From a virus (Duplodnaviria > Caudoviricetes), in the IMG/VR virus record IMGVR_UViG_3300023179_000113, positions 1 to 61,183 of that record: a stretch of 61,183 nt of DNA; one strand, given 5' to 3'. This document shows, piece after piece, positions 28,750 to 39,500 of the stretch. The notes beneath the pieces are model-generated. The model had not been told where the DNA came from and searched no databases. It saw only the letters and a list, made by a program, of their open reading frames with translations. Position numbers and translations under genes: made by a program. Each line of letters starts with the position of its first letter. Within the stretch, counting starts at the first letter, position 1.

Positions 28750-28757
28750 TATTTATC
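28750..28757 (-). promoter_or_regulatory. Late promoter variant GATAAATA (gp18)
   Basis: NATAAATA in the intergenic region; similar sites at 17158, 25898, 26504, 45592 and 60003. Confidence 0.7.
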
Positions 28758-28768
28758 AAATCTTTTAT

Positions 28769-30415
28769 TTACATATAATTCCACATAAAGGATCGATCAC
28801 CATACTCATCAGTAAACCAACGATCACCATCAACATCAGTGAAACTTGTTTCATCCAATCCATCAGAAACAAAACCAAACGGAGCCATATCCTGTTCTAT
28901 TTGATTTTTTTGCTCTTCATAAAGTCTTTTTCTTACATCTTGATCTGTGAGTTCTTTAAAATAGTCTTGTGCTACTAACCAGGCATAAATGACTAAACAC
29001 ATTGCTAAGTCATCGTTACATCCTTCTTCTGCCTCAAATGAATTATGTTTTTGAATAAATGTGGTAAGTTCACTCATAATTTCATAATCATTAAAGTTTA
29101 ACTTATCTTCTTCAATCATAGTTTTGAGATTTAAGCACCCAATTTTTTTAACAGTTTTAGACATTTTTACTCCAAGTTGAGTTTTCTTTCCAGAAAATCC
29201 CTGTCCTACAATTTGACCTGCTCTTCCTCTCATAGAGCACATCAACAAATTACTATACTCCAAATCATACTGAAGAATACTTGCAACTTGATCTCCAACA
29301 TCATTAACTTCACATAATATAAACGCATTATTATAATTTTTTGCTACCTCATAAATGATATTTGGAAACATCATCGGTTTAATTTCGTTGTTTCGGTATT
29401 TTGCAACAACTTTATGAGGAAACTGTGTAATATCAACAACTACAAATGCCGAATAATCAACTCCTACTCCTCTAGCAACGTCTACAGTGATGACGTAATC
29501 ACATTCCTCATTCGCATCCACATAAACATCTAAACCAGCATTGCGGGTCTTAGGATGCTCATAGACGAGTGATCTGAGTTTGCTTGGTGCAATCAAAGTA
29601 TCAACTGAACCAAGAAACTCACACTCGAATTCAACTTTGAATTGTTGCTCACTTGTGTTAGCAATTGTCTGTGCCTTCCAGGCAGAATCTCTACCAGGAA
29701 CTTCACTCCAGTGAACATCTGTAAAAATATATTCATTCTTTCCTTTTTCAGCATCGTGCCACATACGGTAGAAATGATTCATACCATGTGGTGTTGAAAC
29801 TATGATGACTTTTGTATTTTTACCCGCAGTAATCGTAGGATAAACCGACGCAAAAAATGAATCTGCAATATGATTTGGGACGAACGCAAATTCATCCAAA
29901 AAGAGAATATTAAAAGACATACCACGAACCGCAGAAGCAGAAGTAGAAGCAGCCAAGATTTTACTTCCATTCTCCAATTCCAGAGAACCTTTGTTCCAGG
30001 AGATAATTCCTTGTTGCATCCATTTTGGTAGATTTTCATATGCTGTTTGTAATCTATCTAAGAGTTCTCTTGCTGTTGCTGCCTTGTTTGCAAGAATACC
30101 TATGTTTACATTATCATTAAATACTGCATAATGAAGAAGATATGATACGACAGTAGTGCTCTTACCGGTCTGTCGCGGCATCTTACATATATTAAATCGA
30201 TGTTTATGAAACCTTTCAACAAGTTTTTCTTGAAATGGATACATTTTAAATGGTTGTAAACCATGGTCCAAAGTCACAATTTTTACATAATTTTTTGCAA
30301 AAAATACAGGGTCTTCTTTACATTTGATAAATTCAAGAATTTGATCCTCTGTAAATTCAATTGGTGTATTTGCCTTTTTAAGTAAAGGATTACCAAGATA
30401 AACGTCAGCACTCAT
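28769..30415 (-). CDS. gp17: Terminase large subunit
   Basis: YLGNPLLK, PRQTGKST, FLDEFAF, STPHG, DVARG, NDDLAM. Confidence 0.98.
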   Translation of the reverse strand: MSADVYLGNPLLKKANTPIEFTEDQILEFIKCKEDPVFFAKNYVKIVTLDHGLQPFKMYPFQEKLVERFHKHRFNICKMPRQTGKSTTVVSYLLHYAVFNDNVNIGILANKAATARELLDRLQTAYENLPKWMQQGIISWNKGSLELENGSKILAASTSASAVRGMSFNILFLDEFAFVPNHIADSFFASVYPTITAGKNTKVIIVSTPHGMNHFYRMWHDAEKGKNEYIFTDVHWSEVPGRDSAWKAQTIANTSEQQFKVEFECEFLGSVDTLIAPSKLRSLVYEHPKTRNAGLDVYVDANEECDYVITVDVARGVGVDYSAFVVVDITQFPHKVVAKYRNNEIKPMMFPNIIYEVAKNYNNAFILCEVNDVGDQVASILQYDLEYSNLLMCSMRGRAGQIVGQGFSGKKTQLGVKMSKTVKKIGCLNLKTMIEEDKLNFNDYEIMSELTTFIQKHNSFEAEEGCNDDLAMCLVIYAWLVAQDYFKELTDQDVRKRLYEEQKNQIEQDMAPFGFVSDGLDETSFTDVDGDRWFTDEYGDRSFMWNYM

Positions 30416-30418
30416 ATA

Positions 30419-32284
30419 TTAATTACAGTTCCAACGACGAAGTGCTTTATTTATTCTTGAATCTGGATCTCGTGCAGTTTTTGCAGAAGTAAGTTTTGAC
30501 TTCATTCCTTTCATACGACGGCAAAATGAAGCACGACGTTTTGCTCTTTTACCAGTAGGATTCTTTTCAGTTACTGCAGTTTGTAGTTTTGAACCTGGAT
30601 TCTCACGACGATATGCATTCACTGCTGCTTGACTCAATCCATCAGTTTTATCTTGACGATTAACTTTTTGCCAATCTTCTTCAATCTCAACTTCCTCACC
30701 AATTGTTTTAGAATTAAGAAGATAGTTTTTTGATTTTGAATTTACAACTTGAATTAGTGGCATTCCAGGTTCAATTGTTGAAACTTTATATTGAAGAACT
30801 TGAGAACCTGGATAAATTTTTTGTATCTCTGTTGTAACATCTTTCCTGCTGGGCATTCCAATTTGTGGAAAGAACATTCTGATTGAATATGTCTTTCCCC
30901 TCCAGTTCAAAATTACAGCAAGAATGTTTCCTGTTTCTGCTTGTAAACGAGTTGACTCATCAATCAATTCACCATCTGGTTCATAAGAATTATTGAGACC
31001 TCTTTGACGTTTATTCCAATCCATATAAGATTCACCGGGACGTAACTTCTTAGGATCTGATTTTGGTTTAGGATAATCTTCACGAGCACGTTGATTTGGT
31101 CCAGGACCACCAAGTCTTCTATCTATTTTTGGATCTGGATGCCAAAAATCACCTTCATAAACAATCTCTTCATTATTGACTTCACCACTATCAAGATAAT
31201 CTGCTGCAGTATCAATATAATCTGCTGCTTTAGTAATTTTAGATTGTACCCAGGCTTCAATATTTCCTTCGCCTCTACCCACCTTTGCTTGAAGTCTTTT
31301 TACAGCATTAGCAATAGTTTTAAGTTCAGATCTTGCCATTGAATATTCATGATCTTTAATAGAAACTTTATCCCATGCCTTTCCACCATAAGAACATTCA
31401 GATCTTGATTCTTTTTTATCACATAATGGACAGTATCTTTCTTCTTCTTGCATAGTTGCCTCCGACGTTGTTCCCCAATTTGCAGCACCAACTTTACGAC
31501 ATTTGACAAGTGCTCCCGATGCATATGCACTTGGCCAAACACTATATCTTGATTTTACTTTAGTATAACAGGCATCTTTTTTACCACTTCCTTTGCCTGG
31601 TTTGTCTTTTTGTGCTTCGTTGAGTTCCATTGCTTCTTTAATTCCGGGTTCTGCTTTAATGTAATTTTTATCTTTTTTACCTTTAGCAAAGGTTGGAACA
31701 TTAGTTGGTGCCGATGCTCCAGTTTTTTGTTGTTGCCCTTTATCTTTTTCTCTTTTTCTTCTAACTGCTGATTTAATCAAAGCAAGTCCTTTTTTACCTT
31801 TTCTTTTTAATGCTCTTAATCTTCCACTACTAAAACATTTAGGTGTTTTAGTTTCTCCTGGTTCATTTGCACATGGAGAACCATCTGGTTGAACCCACCC
31901 CGGTTTTCCTTTTTTTGATTTTGATCCATGATACCAAAAATGAAGAGTTCCTTCATTTATCCAATCATCGGGAGTTTTATTGTGCTTATCAACAAAAGCA
32001 TTATGAAGTTGTTTTGCGGTCATATCATGTTTTTTCATAATATTTCTCATAAGTCTATCAATAGAATCATAAGAAGTATTATTCAATTTTTTTAATCCAG
32101 TCTCAAGTTCTTTGACTGCATCATCTTCACATCCACAATGTTCCATCATCTCATTAAAAGGAGATTTCGATTTAGTTGGTTTGCCGTTTGCTCTTTTTTT
32201 GCGAGCATCACAATGAGCTTTCTGAGAAAATCCTTTAGGATTATTGCAGTCAATTGATTTTTTGTATTTGTCGGACCAACTCAT
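30419..32284 (-). CDS. 621-aa modular hypothetical protein (DUF5872-like and C-terminal DUF6321-like segments); possible internal head polyprotein
   Basis: String of short basic or Cys-containing modules separated by acidic hydrophobic-x-E linkers; own late promoter. Confidence 0.75.
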   Translation of the reverse strand: MSWSDKYKKSIDCNNPKGFSQKAHCDARKKRANGKPTKSKSPFNEMMEHCGCEDDAVKELETGLKKLNNTSYDSIDRLMRNIMKKHDMTAKQLHNAFVDKHNKTPDDWINEGTLHFWYHGSKSKKGKPGWVQPDGSPCANEPGETKTPKCFSSGRLRALKRKGKKGLALIKSAVRRKREKDKGQQQKTGASAPTNVPTFAKGKKDKNYIKAEPGIKEAMELNEAQKDKPGKGSGKKDACYTKVKSRYSVWPSAYASGALVKCRKVGAANWGTTSEATMQEEERYCPLCDKKESRSECSYGGKAWDKVSIKDHEYSMARSELKTIANAVKRLQAKVGRGEGNIEAWVQSKITKAADYIDTAADYLDSGEVNNEEIVYEGDFWHPDPKIDRRLGGPGPNQRAREDYPKPKSDPKKLRPGESYMDWNKRQRGLNNSYEPDGELIDESTRLQAETGNILAVILNWRGKTYSIRMFFPQIGMPSRKDVTTEIQKIYPGSQVLQYKVSTIEPGMPLIQVVNSKSKNYLLNSKTIGEEVEIEEDWQKVNRQDKTDGLSQAAVNAYRRENPGSKLQTAVTEKNPTGKRAKRRASFCRRMKGMKSKLTSAKTARDPDSRINKALRRWNCN

Positions 32285-32307
32285 TAGAAATAAGAACTAT
32301 CATCTTA

Positions 32308-32315
32308 TATTTATT
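32308..32315 (-). promoter_or_regulatory. Late promoter variant AATAAATA for the 621-aa gene and gp17
   Basis: Overlaps the gp16 stop codon. Confidence 0.7.
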
Positions 32316-32763
32316 ATTCTTCAGTTTTTTTAGATTGTTTCTTTAAAAGTTTTGACAATTCTGCTGTTGACCCAACAAATAATGCATTTGTGACATTTGT
32401 TGGTCCACGAGGTTGTTTGTCTTCCTCAATATTTTTGAGTTTCTTTTGTAGGTCCATTAATTTATCGGTTGCATCTGCCACATTTTTAATTAATTGTCCG
32501 GCAACTTCATATGCACGAGGCATCTCACTTTCTTGAGCTAATTGAAGAATTCCATTAATTGCTTCCTGACCCTTCTCAATCAAAGAATATAAATTTCCTC
32601 TTGTATACTCATAATCTTTTTTAATATCTTGAATTGAATTCGAAATCTCACCAATTTTATTTTCGTGAGTTTCTTTTATAATTTCAGTTTCCACTACCTC
32701 TCCCGAAACATTAAAAGTTTCATTTAATTTATCAAATTTTTTCGACTCACTCTTCTCTGTCAT
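32314..32763 (-). CDS. gp16: Terminase small subunit
   Basis: DYEYTRGNLY, PRAYEVAGQLIK, NALFVGSTAEL. Confidence 0.95.
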   Translation of the reverse strand: MTEKSESKKFDKLNETFNVSGEVVETEIIKETHENKIGEISNSIQDIKKDYEYTRGNLYSLIEKGQEAINGILQLAQESEMPRAYEVAGQLIKNVADATDKLMDLQKKLKNIEEDKQPRGPTNVTNALFVGSTAELSKLLKKQSKKTEE

Positions 32764-33770
32764 TATGGTGATGTTGTAGATCCACTAAATCCAAAATCAT
32801 CTCCTTCTTCTATTAATAAATCATCCGCACTTGTGATTGATTTGACCTGGGCACCAGCAAGATGAGATGTAATTGTTGTATCATCTTTTCCTCTTTCCAC
32901 AGTAAGAACATTACCAGATTTCAATTTTACATATACTTCTTCACCCTCAATATCAAGATAAGTATTTACAGAAATAGAAGATGCATTATTTACAGTAATT
33001 AAAACATCTTCGGTTGTAATATCATTTGTAATATTTGTAATCACAGTGCCAGTATAATTTTTGATAGCTCTCGGTTCTGCAGAATATACAACTTCTCTTT
33101 TGGGAGTGTTTGTGGTATCTCCAGTAATGTAATTGACAGATACTTTCTTGACAATATCTTTTGTTGCTGTTGAAGTTGGACCAAAGAGATATAACTTTGC
33201 AGTAAATCTCAAAGTATAAATTAAGACTCTTCTCTTATCAAAATTTCCCTCGTACTCATCTTGCATCGTGACATTTTCAAGAATAATTGGAATATCTCTT
33301 TTCTCATTAATTTCATCAACAAGTTCAACTGTAAGATTATAAGATGGTTGGAAATATGGTAGAATTTGTTCAATGATTTGAAGAGCATCGTCGTTCAACT
33401 TTGACATTATAGACAGTTCAAATTGTAAATTATATGGAACTGGCATATAAGTTTTTTTAGTTTCAGTTCCGTCAATAACTGATTTTGATAAAAATGTTTG
33501 AGTCGTAGTTAATTTTCTTGCAGTATCATATGTCAATCCAGTAAACTCAAAAGACATTCTTGGTAATGTAATTTGAATTGGATTGCTTAAATCTGGAGAC
33601 TGTTCTAATCTTGCCAAAAACTTTTGCGTTGGTCCATATGCAAGAGGAACTTTTATAACACTTACAATTTCATCTGCAGAATTTGTGTGTTTAATTGTAA
33701 TATCATTAAAGAGAGAACCAAACGCAATAACAGTTTTTCTTAAGATTTGGTGGTAAAAATACTCAAACAT
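32763..33770 (-). CDS. gp15: Tail sheath stabilizer / completion protein
   Basis: YFYHQILRKTVIAFGSLFN, VPLAYGP, LPRMSFE, EQILPYFQP. Confidence 0.96.
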   Translation of the reverse strand: MFEYFYHQILRKTVIAFGSLFNDITIKHTNSADEIVSVIKVPLAYGPTQKFLARLEQSPDLSNPIQITLPRMSFEFTGLTYDTARKLTTTQTFLSKSVIDGTETKKTYMPVPYNLQFELSIMSKLNDDALQIIEQILPYFQPSYNLTVELVDEINEKRDIPIILENVTMQDEYEGNFDKRRVLIYTLRFTAKLYLFGPTSTATKDIVKKVSVNYITGDTTNTPKREVVYSAEPRAIKNYTGTVITNITNDITTEDVLITVNNASSISVNTYLDIEGEEVYVKLKSGNVLTVERGKDDTTITSHLAGAQVKSITSADDLLIEEGDDFGFSGSTTSP

Positions 33771-33810
33771 ATGATAAGTAACATATAGTACTATTTAACC
33801 ATCTGATAAT

Positions 33811-35226
33811 TTATGGGACACCAAACGGATTTCTTTCACTAAAATCTATAATTTGATCTGCTTCATTCTCTATTTCTTTATTTGAAGAATAACCATTATC
33901 TGGTGGATAAACATTAATCAAACGAAGTTTATGAGAAGAACTTGAGGCAGCACCTACAATATTTTCCCCAACTTCAAATGTGCCGGTGACATTTGATACT
34001 TCAAGTATATTAGTTATAGAATTCCAAGATTTGACTCTTGCTGTAGTTGAACTTGCAGATCCAATAATAACCTCATTAAAAATAAAGTCTCCAGTAGAGG
34101 TTAATGATGGATTTCCAATTGTAATTGTAGGAGATAGTGTGTATCCCAATCCTGCATTTGTGATTCGAATTTGAGTAATCGTTCCTGCAGAACTTACTAT
34201 GGCAGTTGCAGCAGCAGAAACGGTTGAAATACCCGTAAATGTAATCGTAGGTGTGGATACATATCCAGAACCACCACTTGTAATGGTAATAATGCCAACT
34301 ACACCATCACCAATCGTACAAGTTGCTGCTGCTCCTACACCATCTCCAAAAAATGCAACCTTTGGTGCTACAGTATATCCAAAACCAGAATTAATAACCT
34401 CAACTGACTGAACGGATTTTAAATTTGGATTTGTATTATCAGTGCAGACAACAATTCCTCCAATCATTGTTGCAGATCCAATACCAGTCATTCCTCCTGC
34501 TGGTGCAGATGATATTGCAACTCTAGGAGCACCTGAATAACCACCTCCCCTATTTGTAACGGTAAAGAATCGAATTCCTCCAGACACAATGTTTGTTATT
34601 GCAGTTGCAGTTACTCCAGTTCCAACAAGAGTTAGTGTTTGAATTGGTCCAATAGGAACAAAAGAATTATCTGGATCATTATTATCAGATCCTCCAATAG
34701 TATCATCAATTTCATTAACTCCAGTGTCAATAACCTCATCCTCATATTGAAAGAGTTCACAAGTTAATTGATATGTGTAGTTTCCTTGCAATTGATAAAA
34801 TGGTTTTTCGTGCTCTACATATTTAATTTCAAATAAACGATCCCCGAGAGGGAAATATATCAAATCTCCTTCTTTAGGTCGATTTGATAATTTGATATTG
34901 CTCAAATTTTTTATTAATGGTGAAATATAGGTTTCAAATCTTTCTCTGGAAATTTCTAAAGTCAATTCATTTAAATTTTGAATTCCAAATTTAGAAAGTA
35001 TTGTAGGATTATCTCCATATCCATCATAACTACTAATATATGCTTCAATTGGATATGCATTATCAAAAACTGACTCAATAACTTCTCTCAATACTGTCTT
35101 TTCTGTAATATATTTTCTGGGCAAATAATGAACTTCAACACCATAAATTTGAATTGATTCATTAATCAAATCTTGCATTAAGTTTTTTTCACTTGCAGAT
35201 CCCTGTAGAAAAAATGGATTTAGCAT
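33811..35226 (-). CDS. gp14: Neck protein with Gly/Thr-rich repeat insertion
   Basis: YLPRK, RPKEGDLIYFPL, FEIKYVEHEKPFYQL, DFSERNPFG; start MLNPFF at 35226 (ORF track 35238). Confidence 0.94.
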   Translation of the reverse strand: MLNPFFLQGSASEKNLMQDLINESIQIYGVEVHYLPRKYITEKTVLREVIESVFDNAYPIEAYISSYDGYGDNPTILSKFGIQNLNELTLEISRERFETYISPLIKNLSNIKLSNRPKEGDLIYFPLGDRLFEIKYVEHEKPFYQLQGNYTYQLTCELFQYEDEVIDTGVNEIDDTIGGSDNNDPDNSFVPIGPIQTLTLVGTGVTATAITNIVSGGIRFFTVTNRGGGYSGAPRVAISSAPAGGMTGIGSATMIGGIVVCTDNTNPNLKSVQSVEVINSGFGYTVAPKVAFFGDGVGAAATCTIGDGVVGIITITSGGSGYVSTPTITFTGISTVSAAATAIVSSAGTITQIRITNAGLGYTLSPTITIGNPSLTSTGDFIFNEVIIGSASSTTARVKSWNSITNILEVSNVTGTFEVGENIVGAASSSSHKLRLINVYPPDNGYSSNKEIENEADQIIDFSERNPFGVP

Positions 35227-35230
35227 CTGA

Positions 35231-36079
35231 TTATCCAATCATATCGAGAGGAGGCAACTCATAAGTATTTGACATTTTTTCCATAATTACATCAATTTCC
35301 TTTTGAGCATCATCATAAATTTGTCTACCATTCAACTCAACTCCACCCGGCAATTTAAGTCCTTGAAACTTAATTAAATTCTGTCCCCATTGACGTTTGA
35401 TAAGTGATGTTAAATATGGTTTTAAAAATGAATCATTCCAAACTCTAGAAAAATCATTTGGATCTAATAGTCTCCAACAATCAATTACCAAATAATCTCC
35501 AACATTTAAACTTGCCCAGTCAATATCTAAATATAATCTATCCATTCTCTGATTGAATCTGATTTGTTTTTCTGTATTGAGAAGAAAATCAATATCTTCC
35601 AAATAAGTTTTTACCATTGCATATGATAAAAGTTCAGTTGAACCCCAGTAGTAAATATCATTCAAAAATAATTGATATTTTACACTAAACATATTATTTG
35701 TAGCAGTATTAGATCCATCAAATTTAAAAATTTTATTAATTCCAATAATTGATGATGGTATTTGTAGATAATTACTATTTTCTCGATATGTAAAAGTAGT
35801 TGCGGTTCCAACTATATTCGTTGTTGCTGTTGTAGTAACTATTCCTGCCGTTGTGCTATTTCCTGCAGGTGCTCTACCACGATCAATATCTCCTTGAGTA
35901 ATTTGATATTTTAAGTATATTTGAGTCACTCCGTCAAAATGTCTTTCATTAAAAAATTGAAGGGCATCATCAACCAAATCATCAATTTGTTCGTCTGCAA
36001 CGTTAATTTCTAAAACTGGTGCTCCCAATTTTCTTTTGCAGTAATCAATCAAACTTTGTCTTGATGATGGTTGTGCCAT
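35231..36079 (-). CDS. gp13: Neck protein
   Basis: YCKRKLGAPVLEINV, KRQWGQNLIKF, LPGGVELNG. Confidence 0.96.
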   Translation of the reverse strand: MAQPSSRQSLIDYCKRKLGAPVLEINVADEQIDDLVDDALQFFNERHFDGVTQIYLKYQITQGDIDRGRAPAGNSTTAGIVTTTATTNIVGTATTFTYRENSNYLQIPSSIIGINKIFKFDGSNTATNNMFSVKYQLFLNDIYYWGSTELLSYAMVKTYLEDIDFLLNTEKQIRFNQRMDRLYLDIDWASLNVGDYLVIDCWRLLDPNDFSRVWNDSFLKPYLTSLIKRQWGQNLIKFQGLKLPGGVELNGRQIYDDAQKEIDVIMEKMSNTYELPPLDMIG

Positions 36080-36099
36080 TTATTTTTTGCTCTTTTAAA

Positions 36100-36107
36100 T
36101 ATTTATA
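36100..36107 (-). promoter_or_regulatory. T4 late promoter TATAAATA (gp13)
   Basis: Exact consensus 20 nt before the ATG. Confidence 0.85.
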
Positions 36108-36131
36108 GCAATGTCTTTATATCTATAGTTA

Positions 36132-36308
36132 TTATTTGATAGAGCCTAAAGAGGAAATAACTTCTTGTTGCTTCAAATATAATTTACAATAACATTTTGC
36201 AAAAGCTTTTACAGTTTCAATATCACTAATACTATCTATTTCTGTGCTTATTTTAAAATATTCAAAATTTTTACTTAAATTTTCAAGTTTAATTTCATCG
36301 GGATTCAT
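36132..36308 (-). CDS. 58-aa protein, putative NblA-like phycobilisome degradation adaptor (not in ORF track)
   Basis: MNPDEIKLENLSKNFEYFKISTEIDSISDIETVKAFAKCYCKLYLKQQEVISSLGSIK; GAGGAG RBS upstream; size and two-helix pattern resemble NblA. The ORF is well supported, the function much less so. Confidence 0.55.
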   Translation of the reverse strand: MNPDEIKLENLSKNFEYFKISTEIDSISDIETVKAFAKCYCKLYLKQQEVISSLGSIK

Positions 36309-36522
36309 TGACTAAACTCCTCAATAAAGATTTTATTTCACTAAGATCATCTTTTATATTAGCAACATCAGATTCTAGATTTTGTATCTTTTGATTCTGA
36401 TCTGCCTTTACATTACGTCTATTTAAATACTCTTGATATTCTACCATATTTGTATTAATAATTGAATTTGTCTTTGAATCACGTAAAAGGTGAGAATGCC
36501 CTTCAACTTTTGTATATTCCAT
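36295..36522 (-). CDS. Conserved small coiled-coil hypothetical protein
   Basis: MEYTKVEGHSHLLRD...LSEIKSLLRSL; start at 36522. Confidence 0.8.
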   Translation of the reverse strand: MEYTKVEGHSHLLRDSKTNSIINTNMVEYQEYLNRRNVKADQNQKIQNLESDVANIKDDLSEIKSLLRSLVNESR

Positions 36523-36523
36523 A

Positions 36524-39500
36524 TTATGCCAATGCAATTACTCTCAGATCTTTCAATCTTGGAACATATACCTGACTTGTAGAAGTCATAATGATTTTGA
36601 TCCGATACGATCTAAATGCCGGTAATTGATCTGCAGTAAATGTATATTCGGCAAATGAAACATCAGTTGGTGAAAATCCAGTATTTGATGTTAATGGAAC
36701 AAAAGCATCTGGATGACCATTATTATTTTGAATATCGATTATTTGTCCCCTACTATCAAGATTTTCGTATCCGGGAAATGGAACAAAAATTGGATTGAAG
36801 TTTTGATTTTCACTGATTGCATAAAATGCACGAATATCTGAATATAGATTATTATATGCACTAAGTAATATTTTAATCGATGTTCCTGGATTTTCAAGAG
36901 TAATTTCTTTTGAAATATATTGGAATGCCGTTGGATCATTTGAAATACTATTAACTCTTGAATCTTCTGCATAATTTGTAATCACACTATTAACTCGATT
37001 TGAAGTTAATATTACACTTACTCTTTGAGTGTCAATAACTGGGCTCAATCTACTATCAATTGTGTTTAAGAAGACTCTTAAATTCATTGACTTATTACCA
37101 GGAAGTGTAGAGAGGTATTGAGTCTCATTCACTTTTGATGCAATCATTCTTGGACTATCAAGATAATTTACTTGATTTAATGTAATATTATCAAATCCGG
37201 TATCAATAAATGGAATTTCATTTCCACTAATACTGGATGCAGATATTGTTCTGATTTCTGAGCTGAGTGAAGTACCGGTCACAGTAACATTTTGTACCAT
37301 TGGAGTAATGATTTCAAAAGGCATATTTTGAGATGCCTTTATATTATATCCTCCTGCTGATTTTGTTTGATTTAAATAAAGAGTCGGATATCCAGATGAG
37401 GTACTTCTTGCTATTCCAGTATTTGCTGATGTATCCAATTTGATTATATAAGAATCAAAAGTAATTGAATCTTCTGTAGTTACGTCTGATAAATTATGAG
37501 TTTTATTAATTCTTCTCAAAGAAACTCCATTTAACTCATACTTATAAACTGGTGTTCCAGTTGAATAGTTAATTGGATTTGAACCTCTTACAATTTGCCC
37601 ACCAATTGAACCAGAAGAAGTTGATGTATAAGAAATAATCTCATTTCCAATCAAAAGATATCCTGGATTTGTTGTTCCGACACCAACATTTTCAAAAGTT
37701 GAGAATGCAGACGAGTCATCAACAAGAATTGCTGACGTAGAATCAAAAGTATATCCTGACGTTAATTTTGTTGGTTTTACATCAGAAATTGCTCCAGAAA
37801 TGGACACAAGATTTGTATTTGAATACATTCCGTGATTCTTATGATTCACTACAATACTCAAACCATCACTTACTACATTAATTGCGGAAATTGTGACATT
37901 ACCACCAACAGAAGAATTTAATGTTGTTGTAAGACCGGAGTTATTAATGTATTGAATAGTTTTACCAGCACCAGTTAAAAAATCTCCCTGAACATTATCA
38001 AGAATTAATTCATTAATTCCTGTAATATTACCAACAGAAAATCTTGCATTTTGTCCAATCGTAAGACTTCCAATCGTTGTAATTCCAAGAACATCACCAA
38101 CTTGATATCCAGAACCACCAGACGCAATTGTAACTCCAGTGGATACAACTGAACCATTTGATATTGTTATATTTGCAGTTGCTCCTTGACCACTTCCAGT
38201 TATTGTATTTAAAGTTACAGAACTATAAGTAGCAGATCCTGATGATGGAGTATATCCAATACCTGCATTAATTACACTCAGTGCTCCTGTTGATATTCCT
38301 GCACTTCCAACAAAATTACCAGTTGCATTACTTCCCTGCTGGAGAACGGTATTTCCAAGAGTTAATCCACTATCTTGTACTGTGGTGCCCAATCCCACTC
38401 TAATTTTTCTAGAATTTAGATTTAGTGAATCTGGAAGTAAAGTTGCAATTTGATTGTTGCCCTCTGTTAGTTCTGGACTGTAGAATTCTGCAGATCCAGA
38501 TTGAATAAAATCAGCTCTATAGAGTGTGAACTTTAAATCTTCCCACTGACTTGGTTCCCAAGTAGAGGCATTTTGAGATTTAAATAAAGATCCTAAAGTG
38601 GGTTGATTTGAAATAAATGTTTGTGTCAAAAGATCATTTTCACCAATTCTACAAATATACACACTATATTTTGTGGAATTTGATGCGATACAGACACAAT
38701 ATTCCTGCCCCCCTTCAAGATATACTGGTGCCTTAAATACAAAGGAAGTTGCAACAGAACCATCACCCGACGTAGAAACTTGATTTGGTTCTAATATAAT
38801 TTCAGAAAATGGAAGAACTTTTCTTGTTGGGAATCCTCCTTGCATAGTTCTGATTTGAAAAGTTACAGGAATATCAGTATCATCTTTTGATCTGAAAAAT
38901 ACATCACACCTTGTTAAAAATACTCCTGTGCTGTCTTCTACTAAGAATGATTGTGCTAATGGGTCATACCAAACAATATTAACATTTTGTGAAGTTGATT
39001 GAGAAACTGTTTGTGTTGAAATTACTTGTGTTCCTGTTGTTCTTGAAACAGATCTATTTTCAAATTCTTGTTTGTTTTCAATTCGTGCATTTCTTACAGA
39101 AATAATATTTTCTTGAACAGTTTCTAAAGTTCCACTTGAAGTAAATCCTTCTTCAGCAATTGTTGTTGCTGCGTTTTGATCATTTGAATCATTGTTTATC
39201 AAGGTAAAAACTTTAGATCCCGTTTCAAATTTTGGATGAACATTAATATTTGGATTGGGTACATTAAAACTTCCTATTAGAGTTGCAGATAGATCAGAAA
39301 TCAATCTCACATTTGTAATTATTGCCTGTGCTCCACTTGTCCCTCCAATAAGAACCATTCCACTTTCAACTCTTCCACTAAATTGTCCTTGAGGTTCATT
39401 TGATAGTGAAAATGTATCAACATTCAAAATGGTTGATGTTGATGAATATGTTCCTTGAAGAACTTGACTTGTGTAAGGATTCAACGAAAAAGTTGTTACT

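Noticed and set aside
28769-30415. Possible intein or intron in terminase (also checked gp43 part, uvsW, gp20, gp23)
   Set aside because: Lengths are ordinary and motifs contiguous; no splice or homing-endonuclease motifs seen
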